A stretch of DNA of 62,842 bases, counting the filler, from Rhabdomonas costata (lineage: Eukaryota), in assembly GCA_019059605.1 (NCBI GenBank). It is 37 parts of 37 records of this genome, joined end to end, with 100 filler letters (N's around TTAATTAATTAA, not from the genome) between each part and the next. Parts side by side here need not be neighbours in the genome. Positions count along the whole stretch, not along the records: positions 59,544 to 61,142 come from JAHMHO010012258.1; positions 61,243 to 62,842 come from JAHMHO010012259.1; 35 more parts are not named here. One strand, 5' to 3'. Positions within the stretch are counted from its first letter, which is position 1; each line of letters opens with the position of its first letter. The position numbers were made by a program, and so were the translations under genes. Shown piece after piece: positions 60,862 through 62,842 of this stretch. The notes under the pieces are model-generated. The model was not told the DNA's origin. It saw nothing but the letters and a program-made list of their open reading frames with translations, and ran no database searches.

Positions 60862-61242
60862 CTTTGGGATGCACAAAAAAAACGAGAAAGCAAACGGGAG
60901 TAATTTCAGATTTCTTTCCGCTCTGTCTGTGAAGGATGAGGGATAAAATCACCCATTACTAGAGGAGGTCTTGATAGAGAGCATCAAAACGTGCACTTAC
61001 ACGGTGATGTGAGCTTCATTTTGCTCGCCCTTGCGATTGTAAAATGCACTGGTACCTGAAACGTTGGATGAAAGGCTTCCGTTATGTGCTTTGTGCCGTG
61101 TGTCACCCCCTCAGAGAGAGAGAGAGAGAGCAAAATACACAANNNNNNNNNNNNNNNNNNNNNNNNNNNNNNNNNNNNNNNNNNNNTTAATTAATTAANN
61201 NNNNNNNNNNNNNNNNNNNNNNNNNNNNNNNNNNNNNNNNNN

Positions 61243-61684
61243 CGGCTGGGAGTGAGAAGGTCAGCGAACGGGGGTGCAGGGGAGGGAAAAAAGGCTTTCA
61301 CAGAAAGTGGACCAGACAAGGAAAAAGCTGAGCACAAGACAGTGAGGAGCACGCCACTGCACAAATGCACAAAATCGGTGCACCTCTGAATGGGCTGGAG
61401 GAATGGGCTCAGGCTGGGGCACGGCAGCAGTAGCGCCTGCAGCGTTGGGAGCGACCGGAGCAGAGTCCTGCGGAGGGCCGTCGAGGGTCGAAGGGGGAGC
61501 CCAGTAGACGTCCTTCGGGGTGGGTTTTTCACAAATGCAGCCCATTTTCTCTCGCAAGGTCAAAGGTGAGGGTTTGACACAGAGCGGCTGGGAGTGAGAA
61601 GGTCAGCGAACGGGGGTGCAGGGGAGGGAAAAAAGGCTTTCACAGAAAGTGGACCAGACAAGGAAAAAGCTGAGCACAAGACAG
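61243..61684. repeat. Identical 100-bp direct repeat, period 342 bp
   Basis: 61243-61342 equals 61585-61684. Confidence 0.92.
61384..61545 (-). CDS. First exon of a probably N-myristoylated/palmitoylated protein
   Basis: MGCICEKPTPKDVYWAPP...HSE|GTGCAC; MGCxC dual-acylation-type N-terminus. Confidence 0.6.
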
Positions 61685-62036
61685 GCACAAAAGACAAACT
61701 GACGGCATGTAGTGCGGGACCGATCCATTTGTTGTCTCAATGAAGAATAAACAAGAACATACTATCATTGAAATCATACGAGGCCTAGTTACACCCCGAA
61801 ATTGAGAAATTATACCGTACCATTCCGAACTAAAAGCTTTTTGGACGGTATTTTAGCCACTGGGCTTTGGTTTCATATGCTGTCTCTTCAAGCGCAAGGT
61901 TGTATCCTCTCGACTCACAGTGTAGCCTGTCATAACATTGAAAACACTATTATTCCACTTTGATGTAAGCCCGTTCTTGCAAAAGGCCGACCACGCGTGC
62001 CACGCATGGTTGATGGACCCATGGAAGCCACCGAAA

Positions 62037-62842
62037 CTACGCAAAAGTAACAAAAACTACTTCACAGGGGTTGCTAAACGCCGAAAACAGGCCCGAGTCG
62101 CCATCACATGCCCCCAGGGCAAGCTGAAACCAATCCAGGTTGCATGGGCAACTCCTCGGGCACCGCAGCGGATCAAGTGCAACCTCAACTGCAGCACAGG
62201 CCGCAACCGTGGGAATCTTCACCGCCAACCCGCGCAGCCTGTGAGAAGTCTGGCACAGCCCCACAAGATACTCTACCGACCTGGCGGTAAGTGCATAATT
62301 ATAACTGAGATCTAACATCACCTCAGAAAATGTGTCCAGGCCTCCCACTAGAACGCCGACGCTCTCATCCACCAGGCCGAGGTCCTGGCCCGGATGGCGG
62401 TGCCCCAGCAGCGACAGGCTAACCTTGCGGAGGCGAGGGCAGTCACCAATCCTTGAGAGCTCGCAAAGGTCCTCGCGGTGTAGCTGGTGGTCAAAGACTT
62501 CCAGGCTTAGGGTCTCCAGCGCGGACATCGCGAGCAGAGCCTGGGCGAGCCACCGGCATTCCAGGCCCCAGCCTTCGGATCGAAGCTCCAGGGTGTGGAT
62601 GCACTGCAGCCCTGTGAGACCCCTCCAGGGGTTCCGGTACACCCCGGGGAGGTCCAGCCGGAGCCGCTCCAGAGATCCCCCGTGGGCCTCCCCGATGCCC
62701 TGCAGCACGTCGGTGAGGCCCGCCGAACCGTACACAAGGTGGCGCAGGCTAAGCGAGAAATCATCCCGGGAAGTGCGCAGCCTCGCAGGCTGTCCCCCAA
62801 CCCTCACCACCCCTCACCACACCCAACTTCGACCACACCGGG
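62037..62842 (-). CDS. RNI-like/divergent LRR protein, C-terminal part
   Basis: LERLRLDL, IHTLEL, LETLSL, LRKVSL, LDLSYN repeats in an intronless ORF of 257 aa or more. Confidence 0.7.

Noticed and set aside
1602-61242. Regularly spaced TTAATTAATTAA repeats as a biological array
   Set aside because: Always centred in a fixed N44 pad, so it is an artificial joiner. ORFs ending in X...LIN are artefacts, and adjacency between contigs carries no synteny.
1-62842. Euglenid non-conventional (structure-defined) introns
   Set aside because: All introns verifiable by protein conservation could be explained as GT-AG or GC-AG; no non-conventional intron could be supported without transcripts.

Overview
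This window is not one locus. It is 37 unrelated contigs of about 1.6 kb (1592-1630 bp) joined by 36 artificial 100-nt spacers (N44-TTAATTAATTAA-N44). The DNA is mostly intron-rich eukaryotic nuclear sequence. Degenerate GT donors, GC-AG introns, BBS9 and several members of a receptor/adenylate-cyclase-like family suggest a flagellated euglenozoan, probably a euglenid (inference). Recognisable gene fragments are TBCCD1-like, an SDR, argininosuccinate synthase, MTHFR, hemerythrin, BBS9, a HAD_SAK-type phosphatase, M6PR/ATG27-like, a mono-ADP-ribosyltransferase, PABP, pyrimidine 5'-nucleotidase, and C2 and LRR proteins. Decayed Ty3/Gypsy and LINE-like elements are also present. The most unusual signals are: (i) a compositionally foreign contig (20416-22016) with AAAAATTGA motifs, AT-rich hairpins and a decayed, apparently intronless gene, a candidate endogenised giant-virus fragment; (ii) non-canonical splice sites (two well-supported GC-AG introns and one candidate GT-GG intron); (iii) a collapsed ~1.5-kb tandem gene unit; (iv) G/T-only contig starts and A/C-only ends pointing to whole-genome-amplification primers. 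All product calls are from motif recognition by eye; no database searches were run.
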